Source of the DNA: Gammaproteobacteria bacterium
GTDB lineage: Bacteria; Pseudomonadota; Gammaproteobacteria; Arenicellales; Poriferihabitantaceae
Assembly (NCBI GenBank): GCA_028817405.1
Contig: JAPPPS010000130.1
Span: 6,345-70,344, forward strand
Length of the DNA: 64,000 nucleotides
Reading direction: 5' to 3'
Part shown: in pieces, positions 18,864 to 27,176 of the stretch
Position numbering within the stretch: position 1 is the stretch's first letter
How the letters are laid out: each line of letters opens with the position of its first letter
Notes under the pieces: generated by a model
What the model was told of the DNA's origin: nothing
The model's database searches: none
Seen by the model: the letters and a program-made list of their open reading frames with translations, nothing else
Program-made: the position numbers and the translations under genes

Positions 18864-19178
18864 ATGCGAATCATAGTAACGGCTTGGAATAATGGCGGTC
18901 CTGGCTACGGATTGGGTATCCGCCATGCTGATGTGCGCCTTTTCCGGCGCGAATGGGGCACGGTTACAATCGAATTGCCAGATGGTACCGTGGCGCGCGC
19001 CGACATCGATAAGGACAGTTTTTATGCGAGCTGTCCGCACTTAATTCACAGGAGCATTAAGGAGTGGTTTCGCGCCAACGGCTATCTAACTTGGTCCAGC
19101 GGGAAACCGCCCAAGTTTGAATTGGAATTAATTGACCAAAACAAAGGCGTGTTTCGCCTGTACGATAACCAGAACTGA
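18864..19178 (+). CDS. conserved-looking hypothetical protein (TAWNNG...GKPPKF)
   Basis: strong SD, lower GC, globular composition; resembles a small family seen in accessory regions (recall only). Confidence 0.7.
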   Translation: MRIIVTAWNNGGPGYGLGIRHADVRLFRREWGTVTIELPDGTVARADIDKDSFYASCPHLIHRSIKEWFRANGYLTWSSGKPPKFELELIDQNKGVFRLYDNQN

Positions 19179-19223
19179 CCAGTGCCCGAATCTGACCGGC
19201 CAGCCACACCGCCACGCCCCCAC

Positions 19224-19340
19224 CCGTCACGCCTGCAGTCTGTTGAGCGGGTGTCCAGCGTCTTTACGGTTTTGGTCCGCACCGGAAAGAGAAGACGTTG
19301 GATATCGGTACTGGACTCGACCCGGCCAGCGTGGCGGTGA
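19224..19340 (+). repeat. REP-like composite element
   Basis: ccgtcacgcctgcagtctgttgagcgggtgtccagcgtcttt...aagacgttgga...ctggactcgacccggccagcgtggcggtg (inverted outer arms). Confidence 0.7.
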
Positions 19341-19343
19341 AAT

Positions 19344-19416
19344 GGGTCACTAAAAAGGGTTACCGAAAAGGGTCACTAAAAAAGGTCTTGACACCTTTGG
19401 CAACGAGTAGTTCAAT
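19344..19416 (+). promoter_or_regulatory. three 12-13-bp direct repeats abutting a sigma70 promoter
   Basis: gggtcactaaaa/gggttaccgaaaa/gggtcactaaaa, then TTGACA(19388)-N17-TTCAAT. Confidence 0.55.
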
Positions 19417-19481
19417 CCCACTCAATGGCAATTGCCAGAAAACCCGTTCCACTTTCGCATAAATTCACTTTGAGGAATACA

Positions 19482-19874
19482 ATGTTAGACCCGGAAAATC
19501 CTGAAAGCACGCACGGCTACGAGCCCGAAGATTGGCAAAAAGCCAAAGCGCAAGCGACAGCCCACTTGGTCAGCGTGGCAAAGCGTCAAGATTGGGAAAC
19601 ATATGGCGAACTGGTTAAGGAAATCGACGCCATTTCATTTGCTCCCAACGACTTTGCTTTGGCCGCTCTGTTAGGTCAAATAAGCAGAGAGGAATATTAT
19701 GCTGGCCGAGGTATGCTTACCGCAATCGTGGTGCATAAATATGGCGACAAGATGCCCGGCAAGGGTTTTTATAAACTTGCGCGGTATCTGGGCTTGGATA
19801 TATCCGACAAGGAAGCGCTCTGGGTTTCCGAAACAAAGAAAGTTTGGAACTACTGGAAAAACCAGAGGGGCTAA
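19482..19874 (+). CDS. hypothetical winged-helix-like protein
   Basis: TYGELVKEI...LAALLGQIS...GRGMLTAIVVHK...PGKGFY; GAGGA SD before ATG 19482 (alternative start 19425). Confidence 0.7.
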   Translation: MLDPENPESTHGYEPEDWQKAKAQATAHLVSVAKRQDWETYGELVKEIDAISFAPNDFALAALLGQISREEYYAGRGMLTAIVVHKYGDKMPGKGFYKLARYLGLDISDKEALWVSETKKVWNYWKNQRG

Positions 19875-19992
19875 CAGCAGAGGGGATAACAGGATGGAAT
19901 GTTCCTGATTCCCGTCCGCGCTACTGTATAAACATTGCCGCCCGACTGCGCTACACTTCGCCATCCGCAAACCCGTCGCCAGAAGAACCGTC

Positions 19993-20562
19993 ATGAAAAC
20001 CAAAAATGCTCTCACCGTCCGCCCCGAGCCGGGTTTGTCCGAACTCAAACGCGCCGGCAACCTCATCCGAATCGCTGAGAGGATACTCGGCAAATCGATT
20101 GTGCCTGGCCACAACCGCACCGATGAACAGGGGCGGAAGCAGGGACATTGGGTTGAGCGGTTTGCCGATGGCCAGGTAGAGGAAGGCCCCTATGTGGACG
20201 GTGAGCGGCATGGCCATTGGGTTGAGCGATGGGTCGATGGCGTTGTGACGAAAGGTCCGTATGTGAACGGCGAGCGGCACGGCGATTGGGTTGTGCGGTT
20301 TGCCGATGGCTCTGTGTGGGAAGGTCCTTATGTGGACGGCAAGGAGCACGGCGATTGGGTTGAGCGGTGGGGCGATGGCGATGTGTGGGAAGGCCCCTTT
20401 GTGGACGGCAAGCAACACGGCCATTGGGTTTTGCGGGGTGCCGATGGCGATGTGTGGGAAGGCCAATTTGTGAATGGTGAGCGGCATGGTCGTTGGGTTT
20501 CGCGGGAGCCGAATGGAACGGAAGCGGTAACGCATTGGCATCACGGGGAAATTGTGAAGTAA
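19993..20562 (+). CDS. MORN-variant repeat protein, paralog 2 (6 repeats)
   Basis: same leader as 18088 gene; EGPYVDGxxHGxWV repeats. Confidence 0.8.
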   Translation: MKTKNALTVRPEPGLSELKRAGNLIRIAERILGKSIVPGHNRTDEQGRKQGHWVERFADGQVEEGPYVDGERHGHWVERWVDGVVTKGPYVNGERHGDWVVRFADGSVWEGPYVDGKEHGDWVERWGDGDVWEGPFVDGKQHGHWVLRGADGDVWEGQFVNGERHGRWVSREPNGTEAVTHWHHGEIVK

Positions 20563-20844
20563 CCCCCTCCGCAATCGGTTGCTCTCGCCGTCATGCCCCA
20601 GTCCTGTTCGTGGAAACCATGCCTAGTTTGGCGGTGTTTTTTGCTGGGGGTGGCGATAGGGTTTGCCGTACAATCTTGACAACAGCAATGGTAGGTGCAT
20701 TAATTCCGTTTCCATGAAAATGGCGGTTGCAGTTGAGTGATTGTTCCCGCCATTTTTTTACCCTGTCGCCAACACTCGGCGGCGGAGCATTTGTGGCGAC
20801 TGTGCTACAGTTCGCTTGTATTCGACCAACTATGAGAGGCAAAC

Positions 20845-21237
20845 ATGACGGTATTTGGCAAAACAGCAGTTAGAGCCACTGAAATGCAATGTCGCGGTGC
20901 ATGCGATTCGCCGAGAATTGCCTGGACCGAGGCGGTGAAAAGTGAGACGAAAAGCATAAATATGCGGAGTAAAGTATGCCCTCGGTCGGCATATTTAGGT
21001 CTGTGCGAATATGGCTTAGTTAAAGGCGTGCCGCGCGGTGAATATCTGAAAAAATCATCCGAAAAGTTGAATAAAAAACATGCTGTTGATGCTGTGACCA
21101 AATTAAGGAAAACACCAGAACTGAAAAACAAGCCAATGAAGCTGTGGCGGCTTGTTATTCCTGAACCTAAGCAACATGATGGTCAAATGCATGTTGTGAC
21201 TGCTTTATGGAAAAGCGGTTTGATTCGTTCGGCCTGA
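20845..21237 (+). CDS. DUF6979-like hypothetical protein
   Basis: SPRIAW...CPRSAYLGLCEYGLVKGVPRGEY...KQHDGQMHVVTALW; GAGAGG SD and TGcTACAGT extended -10 upstream. Confidence 0.65.
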   Translation: MTVFGKTAVRATEMQCRGACDSPRIAWTEAVKSETKSINMRSKVCPRSAYLGLCEYGLVKGVPRGEYLKKSSEKLNKKHAVDAVTKLRKTPELKNKPMKLWRLVIPEPKQHDGQMHVVTALWKSGLIRSA

Positions 21238-21249
21238 TATTCGGGCGTT

Positions 21250-21283
21250 CGCGCCTACCGTCGTTGACGCGGCGGTAGGCGCG
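21250..21283. terminator. GC-rich hairpin, possible terminator
   Basis: 11-bp perfect stem cgcgcctaccg/cggtaggcgcg just after the stop; no clear U-tract. Confidence 0.45.
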
Positions 21284-21398
21284 TGTAGCCGTCCCCCCAC
21301 TCAACAGACTGCGGGAGTAGGCTTCCAGAAGACGGAGTGGGGGCGGCGCGTTTTACACGGTGCTTCGCGCCGTGCTAAAAGTCCGGCGACATCAACCC

Positions 21399-21428
21399 GC
21401 GCCCGCTTAACAGACTGCGGGCGTGACG
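21399..21428 (-). repeat. REP-like palindrome copy in inverted orientation
   Basis: reverse complement cgtcacgcccgcagtctgttaagcgggcgc, 28/30 identical to 16018-16047; a further partial core lies at 21300-21320. Confidence 0.8.
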
Positions 21429-21531
21429 GCGGGGGAGCCGCGGGCGTGAAGTGGCGGACATTGCGGGCGAGAGAACCGTGGGCGCGATGAGTGGGGGACT
21501 GCAAGTGCGCCGGATATGTGTCGGTGGTGAC

Positions 21532-21545
21532 TATAATAAAGCATG
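21532..21545 (+). promoter_or_regulatory. -10 box 5 nt before glnE ATG (leaderless-like)
   Basis: TATAAT-aaagc-ATG. Confidence 0.5.
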
Positions 21546-24500
21546 CTTCGATTGCGTCTTGCGGTGTTGGAATTTTTCGAGCGGGTTATCGGCCGGTTGC
21601 GTCGCGGTGAATCCGCGGCGGCGGTTGCGCCGGTCGCCGACAGACCTGCATCCACTGGTGCCGCCAAGTCGGCGCTACCATCCGCGGCGTTGCATCCGTT
21701 CTCACTGGCGCGGTTGCCGGCGGAATTGGCGGAGGCGTTTGAGGAGTCGTGGCAGGGGTTTTGCGAGGCGTGCGCGGAGCAGGGGGTCTCTTTTCTGGCG
21801 GCGACGACGCGTGCCGAGTTGCCGCAGGTTTGGGCGGCGAGTGATTTTGTGGCGACCGCTTGCATTCGCGCGCCGAGGTTGCTGGATGAGTTAATCAACA
21901 GCGGCGAACTGGACCGGCGCGGGCGCGGCGCCGACCTTATCGCGCGGGTTGAAAACGAACTGGCCGGTTGCGCTGATGAGGAGGAATTGGATGCGCGGTT
22001 GCGGCGCACGCGGCGGCGGGAGATGGTGCGCATGGCGTGGCGCGATTTGTCCGGCGCCGGCGATTTGGACGAGACCATGGAAGGCGTGTCGGCGTTGGCC
22101 GAGTCGTGCATCGACGGCGCGCTTGCGCATCATCACAAGTGGCTGAGCGCGCGTTTCGGTACGCCGCGCGATGACAACGGCGACGCGGTCGGAATGGTCG
22201 TTTTAGGCTTGGGCAAGTTGGGCGGCGGCGAACTCAACTATTCATCCGACATCGATTTAATCTTCGCCTATCAACATGCGGGTCAGACGGTTCATGATGT
22301 CGACCATGATGGCAACGTCGGCGCCGGCGATAAAAAAGTCGGCGATAAAAACGCCCGCACGCTCGACAACCATGAATACTTCACCCGCTTGGGCCGCAAG
22401 TTAATCGCCTCGTTGGAGCGCGTCACCGCCGACGGTTTTGTATTCCGCGTCGACATGCGTTTGCGGCCGAACGGCGACAGCGGGCCGCTGGCGTTGTCGT
22501 TTGCGGCGATGGAGCAGTATTACCAATCGCACGGCCGCGACTGGGAAAGATATGCGCTCATCAAAGCGCGCGCGGTCGGCGGCGACCGCGACGCCGGCGC
22601 GCGACTGCAAGCGCAACTCACGCCGTTCGTCTACCGCAAGTATCTCGACTTCACCGCTTTCGATTCCATCCGCGAGATGAAACAACTCATCGAACGCGAA
22701 GTAAAAAAGAAAGGCATGCAGGACGATGTTAAGTTGGGCCCCGGCGGCATCCGCGAAATTGAATTCTTGGTGCAGAGTCACCAGTTAATCCGCGGCGGAC
22801 GCAACCGCAACTTGCGCACGCAGTCATTGCGCCGGGCGTTGCGCGCGCTGGCCGACGAAGGCGTGGTCGACGCCGCGGCGCGCGCGCGGCTGCTTCAAGA
22901 TTACCGCTTCTTGCGCAACACCGAACACCGCGTGCAGATGGTCGCCGACCGTCAGACGCAGCGTTTGCCGGATGCGTCGTTCGCGAGGTTGCGTTTGGCG
23001 TGGAGCATGGGATTCGATTCGTGGGCTGCATACCGAAACCAACTCGACCGTCACCGCGCGCATGTGGAGCGCGCGTTCGGCGACATTCTCGGCGCGCCGG
23101 AGGCCGACGGTGGTTCTGTTGGCGGCGACACCGAATCCGACGCCGACCTCGACGCCGCGTTGGCTGATGTCTGGCGCGACGCCGCGAGTCAATCGGTTGA
23201 TGAAACGCTGGCCGCGGCCGGTTTCACCGACTTCGCGCGCGTGGCGCAGTTGTTGAAAGACTTCCGCGCCGGTCGTTTGTATCAAATGTTCTCCGCCGTC
23301 GAACGCGACCGCATCGACCGTTTGATTCCGCCGGCGCTGCGCCAAGCCGGCGGCCGCGCGCATCCGGAGCGCGCGCTCACCGCGTTCATCTCGGTGCTGG
23401 AATCCATCGGCCGCCGCTCGGTGTATTTAAGTCTTCTCATCGAAAACCCGCTGGCGCTGGCGCAACTGTTGTCGTTGTGCGCCGCCAGTCCATGGATTTC
23501 CCGGCACATCGGTACGCATCCGGTGGTGATGGACGAGTTGCTGAGCCCGCCGGTCGATGTGCGCGCGTACGGCGCGGCCGACATTCGCCGCGAATTGCAA
23601 CGCCGCTTGACGCAGACCGGACATGCGGCCGGCGACGCTTCCGCCACCGTCGCCGGCGATGACGAAGAGTCGCGCATGAACGCGCTGCGCGAGTTCAATC
23701 ATGCGCAAGTGTTGCGCGTGGCGGCCGCGGATGTGTTGGGCGTTCTCGATGCCGGCGAAGTGTGCCGGGTATTGAGTCAGTTGGCGCGGGTGATTCTGCA
23801 GCAAGTGTTTGATGATGCGTTGCAGTGGGTGGCGGTTAAACGCGGCGGCGATGGCGACGCTGAAAGCGGCGGAAACGAAACCGGCGCGCGCGGCCGGGCC
23901 GGGGTTATCGCGTACGGCAAGTTCGCGGCCGGCGAGTTGGGTTATCACTCCGACCTCGACATCGTGGTTTGTTATGACGACGCCGGCGACGGTGAAAATG
24001 GCGACGCGGTTGCCGGCGAAACTGTCGCCAACGCCGGCCATGAAAACACCGCCGCGGAAACCGGCTACTACTACGCCCGCGTCGGCCAGCGGTTGATTCA
24101 TCTTCTCACCGCGCGCACCCACGCCGGCCCGTTGTATGAACTGGACATGCGCTTGCGGCCGAGCGGCCACAGCGGCACGCTGGTCACTTCATTGGCCGGC
24201 TTCGCCAAGTATCAGTTGGCGGACGCTTGGACTTGGGAGCATCAGGCGTTGGTGCGCGCGCGGGCGGTGGCCGGCGGCGAGGATTTTTCGCGGCGATTCG
24301 AGCGGGTGCGCCGCGAGGTGTTGTGCCGGGCGCGCGCGCCGCAGCGGTTGCGCGCCGACATCGCGGCGATGAAACAAAAAATGGCGCGCGCGAACAGTCA
24401 GTCGGACAAACAATGGTGCGACTTGAAACTCGGCCGCGGCGGCATCGTCGACATCGAATTCATCGTGCAGTATTTGGTGCTGCGCGCCGCGCATGAGCAC

Positions 24501-24725
24501 CCGGCCGTGGTGCGCCCGCGCACCACCGCCGACACTATCGACGCGCTGCGCGACGCCGGGGCGCTTGCCGGCGATGCGGCCCGGCAACTGCGGCGGATTT
24601 ACCAATTGTACTTGCGCAAGTCGCTGGACTTGAAACTGATGGAGCAACCGCTGCGCGTGGCGTGGGATGAGTTCGCCGATGAGCGCGAATGCGTTGAGGG
24701 GTTGTGGGGGGAGTTTTTTGGGTGA
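21543..24725 (+). CDS. glnE: bifunctional glutamine synthetase adenylyltransferase/adenylyl-removing enzyme
   Basis: two nucleotidyltransferase domains (LGKLGGGELNYSSDIDL; YGKFAAGELGYHSDLD), DMRLRP twice, KLGxGGIxxIEF twice. Confidence 0.95.
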   Translation: MLRLRLAVLEFFERVIGRLRRGESAAAVAPVADRPASTGAAKSALPSAALHPFSLARLPAELAEAFEESWQGFCEACAEQGVSFLAATTRAELPQVWAASDFVATACIRAPRLLDELINSGELDRRGRGADLIARVENELAGCADEEELDARLRRTRRREMVRMAWRDLSGAGDLDETMEGVSALAESCIDGALAHHHKWLSARFGTPRDDNGDAVGMVVLGLGKLGGGELNYSSDIDLIFAYQHAGQTVHDVDHDGNVGAGDKKVGDKNARTLDNHEYFTRLGRKLIASLERVTADGFVFRVDMRLRPNGDSGPLALSFAAMEQYYQSHGRDWERYALIKARAVGGDRDAGARLQAQLTPFVYRKYLDFTAFDSIREMKQLIEREVKKKGMQDDVKLGPGGIREIEFLVQSHQLIRGGRNRNLRTQSLRRALRALADEGVVDAAARARLLQDYRFLRNTEHRVQMVADRQTQRLPDASFARLRLAWSMGFDSWAAYRNQLDRHRAHVERAFGDILGAPEADGGSVGGDTESDADLDAALADVWRDAASQSVDETLAAAGFTDFARVAQLLKDFRAGRLYQMFSAVERDRIDRLIPPALRQAGGRAHPERALTAFISVLESIGRRSVYLSLLIENPLALAQLLSLCAASPWISRHIGTHPVVMDELLSPPVDVRAYGAADIRRELQRRLTQTGHAAGDASATVAGDDEESRMNALREFNHAQVLRVAAADVLGVLDAGEVCRVLSQLARVILQQVFDDALQWVAVKRGGDGDAESGGNETGARGRAGVIAYGKFAAGELGYHSDLDIVVCYDDAGDGENGDAVAGETVANAGHENTAAETGYYYARVGQRLIHLLTARTHAGPLYELDMRLRPSGHSGTLVTSLAGFAKYQLADAWTWEHQALVRARAVAGGEDFSRRFERVRREVLCRARAPQRLRADIAAMKQKMARANSQSDKQWCDLKLGRGGIVDIEFIVQYLVLRAAHEHPAVVRPRTTADTIDALRDAGALAGDAARQLRRIYQLYLRKSLDLKLMEQPLRVAWDEFADERECVEGLWGEFFG

Positions 24726-24736
24726 ATTGGTCCATT

Positions 24737-25186
24737 ACCGTCACGCCCGCGATTTGTTAAGCGGGCGTCCAGCGTCTTTGCTTTTTGTTGCTTCTGCGCA
24801 AGCCCAATTAAAGCCTGCCCCCGCCCACGAGCGGGGGACTCTGGATTCCGTATCGGTGAGGAATATAGTCGCTGCGCTTCCTTATTCCTCTACCGCACGG
24901 AATGACGGCCCCTGGCATCGTCACGCCCGCAGTCGATTCCCCTCACCGTCACGCCCGCGATTTGTTAAGCGGGCGTCCAGCGTCTTTGCTTTTTGTTGCT
25001 TCTGCGCAAGCCCAATTAAAGCCTGCCCCCGCCCACGAGCGGGGGACTCTGGATTCCGTATCGGTGAGGAATATAGTCGCTGCGCTTCCTTATTCCTCTA
25101 CCGCACGGAATGACGGCCCCCGGCATTTTCCAACCGCACGGAATGACTGCCCCTGGCATCGTCGCGGCCGCAGTCGATTCCCCATC
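24737..25186. repeat. tandemly duplicated MITE/REP-like element (208-bp period, ~2.3 copies)
   Basis: 24737-24912 identical to 24945-25120; unit bounded by CCGTCA...TGACGG with an internal gaggaata/tattcctc hairpin. Confidence 0.9.
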
Positions 25187-25188
25187 GC

Positions 25189-25533
25189 TCACAACAACGC
25201 CGTCTCCCCGGTCTCGCCGGTGCGAATTCGCAGGACATCTTCGAGGTTGAGAACGAAGATTTTGCCGCTGCTGATTTCGCCGGTGTTGGCGGTCTCGGCG
25301 ATGATTTTCTTCACCGGCTCGACCAACTCGTCGGTGACCGACACCATCATGAGAACCATCGGTTTGAGTTTGGTGCGGTACGCGATGCCGCGCGAAATCT
25401 CGGTGGAGTCTTTGCGCTCGCGGCCGAAGCCGCGCACCTCGCAGGTGGTCAGGCCGAGCACATCGGCTTTGATGAGCGCGGCCGTGACTTGGTCAAACTT
25501 ATGCGGTTTGACCGTGGCGATAATCATTTTCAT
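25189..25533 (-). CDS. glnK: P-II family nitrogen regulator (divergent)
   Basis: MKMIIATVKP...EVRGFGR...GKIFV...RIRTGE; adjacent to amtB. Confidence 0.85.
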   Translation of the reverse strand: MKMIIATVKPHKFDQVTAALIKADVLGLTTCEVRGFGRERKDSTEISRGIAYRTKLKPMVLMMVSVTDELVEPVKKIIAETANTGEISSGKIFVLNLEDVLRIRTGETGETALL

Positions 25534-25549
25534 CGAAACCTCCGGCAGG

Positions 25550-26992
25550 TTACAGGTGGTAGCCGCGCTCGCCGTGGCTGGCGTAGTCGAGGCCTTCGTA
25601 TTCCGCGTCCGCATCGACGCGCAGGCCGACGCATCGTTTCACCGCCATGACCAGCAGCCATGAACCGGCCGTGGTCCAAACGATGACCGCGCCGACCCCG
25701 GCCAGTTGACGGCCGAACTGTACGCCGATGCCGTCGTCCAGCCCGGCGCCGCCGAACATGGCCGCGCCGAACACCGCGGTCAGCAGCGTGCCGATGATGC
25801 CGCCGACGCCGTGCACCGCGAACACATCGAGAGTGTCGTCGAGTTTCAAATTCACTTTCAGCCAATGCACCGCTTGGTAGCAGATGACGCCGCCGACCAA
25901 GCCGATGACGAAGCCGCCGATGGGGCCGACGAAGCCGGACGCGGGGGTAATCGACGCCAAGCCGGCGATGAGGCCGGTTGCCAAGCCGACCAAACTCGGT
26001 TTGCCGAATCTGACGCTTTCGATGACCACCCACACCAAGCCCGCGGTGGCCGCGGATAAGTGCGTGACCAGCACCGCGAGCGCGGCGTTGCCGTCGGCGG
26101 CCAGCGCGCTGCCGCCGTTGAAACCATACCAGCCGACCCACAACAACGCCGCGCCGGTCAGGGTCATGCCGGGGTTGTGCGGCGGCGCCGGGTCGTGCGG
26201 GAAGTTGCCTCGCGGGCCGAGCAGAAGCACCACCACGATGGCGGCCACCGCGGCCGTGGCATGCACCACCAAGCCGCCGGCGAAGTCCAGCACGCCCAAC
26301 TGGGCGAGGAAGCCGCCGCCCCAGAGCCAGTGCGCGACCGGGGCGTACACCAGCAGCATCCAGGCGCCGCTGAACAACGCCACATGCGCGAACTTGATGC
26401 GCTCGACGTACGCGCCGACAATCAGCGCCGGGGTGATGACCGCGAAAGTCATTTGGAAGACGCAGAACAGCGCCTCGGGAATCGTCCCCGACATCGAGTC
26501 GGCGCCGACCCCGGCCAGAAACATTTTGCCGAAGCCGCCGAACCAGGCGTTGGCGGCGCCGCCGTCGCCGAACGCGATGCTGTAGCCGAGCGCGACCCAC
26601 AACACCGACGACACGCATGCCACGGCGCCGCATTGCATCATCACCGACAACACATTGATGGAGCGCACCAAGCCGGCGTAGAACAACGCCAAGCCCGGCA
26701 GCGTCATCAAAAGCACCAGCGCCGAGGCGGTGAGAATCCAGGCGGTGTCGCCGCTGTTGAGCGCGCTCTGCGCATGCGCGGTTGGGGTGGCGACGGTTAA
26801 CAGGAGCGGCGCCCAGGGTAACAGTCGCGACAATCTCGACCGTCGCGACCGCCATGACGGTGGCGACCACCGTGACCACCGTGACATCAGCGACGGTAGC
26901 GACCACCGTGACATCAGCGACGGTGGCGATAGTGGCGACCGCCGCGCCGGCCGCGCGGAAAGGGTTTGCGGAGGGATTTGGGGCATGCGCAT
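25550..26992 (-). CDS. amtB: ammonium transporter with repeat-derived N-terminal extension
   Basis: GDTAWIL, FQMTFA, DFAGGLVVH, DDTLDVFAVHG (twin His intact); AAGGAG SD before ATG 26992. Confidence 0.95.
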   Translation of the reverse strand: MRMPQIPPQTLSARPARRSPLSPPSLMSRWSLPSLMSRWSRWSPPSWRSRRSRLSRLLPWAPLLLTVATPTAHAQSALNSGDTAWILTASALVLLMTLPGLALFYAGLVRSINVLSVMMQCGAVACVSSVLWVALGYSIAFGDGGAANAWFGGFGKMFLAGVGADSMSGTIPEALFCVFQMTFAVITPALIVGAYVERIKFAHVALFSGAWMLLVYAPVAHWLWGGGFLAQLGVLDFAGGLVVHATAAVAAIVVVLLLGPRGNFPHDPAPPHNPGMTLTGAALLWVGWYGFNGGSALAADGNAALAVLVTHLSAATAGLVWVVIESVRFGKPSLVGLATGLIAGLASITPASGFVGPIGGFVIGLVGGVICYQAVHWLKVNLKLDDTLDVFAVHGVGGIIGTLLTAVFGAAMFGGAGLDDGIGVQFGRQLAGVGAVIVWTTAGSWLLVMAVKRCVGLRVDADAEYEGLDYASHGERGYHL

Positions 26993-27176
26993 GCGGGGCT
27001 CCTTAATCGGTGTTGGCTGGTGTCGCCGGCGTCGGCGCCGGTGTCTGCGCCAGTGTTGGCTCTTGCGGCCGCGGACCGGGCGTACCGCGCCCGCGACTTT
27101 TGCTACAATCGCGCGCATTATACGGCAAAATCGCCGGCAACCGACCACCAAACCACTAACAGGCAAGGGCAAAACG

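Noticed and set aside
18088-20562. Diversity-generating retroelement (template/variable repeat pair) behind the MORN paralogs
   Set aside because: Differences are not adenine-specific, include indels and repeat-number change, both copies are intact genes, and no reverse transcriptase is in the window.
20591-20842. 83-aa minus-strand ORF in the island spacer
   Set aside because: No SD or motifs; overlaps plus-strand promoter signals for the 20845 gene.
16800-21430. Classical integron with attC sites
   Set aside because: No RYYYAAC...GTTRRRY-bounded attC-like hairpins were recognised after the genes, no intI is present, and modules have their own promoters.
24737-25186. CRISPR array
   Set aside because: Units are ~208 bp with identical interiors and no unique spacers; no cas genes. 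No CRISPR-like array was seen elsewhere.
24667-25663. ORFs 24667..25113 and 24902..25663
   Set aside because: They are translations of the duplicated repeat and of the glnK antisense strand; no family motifs.
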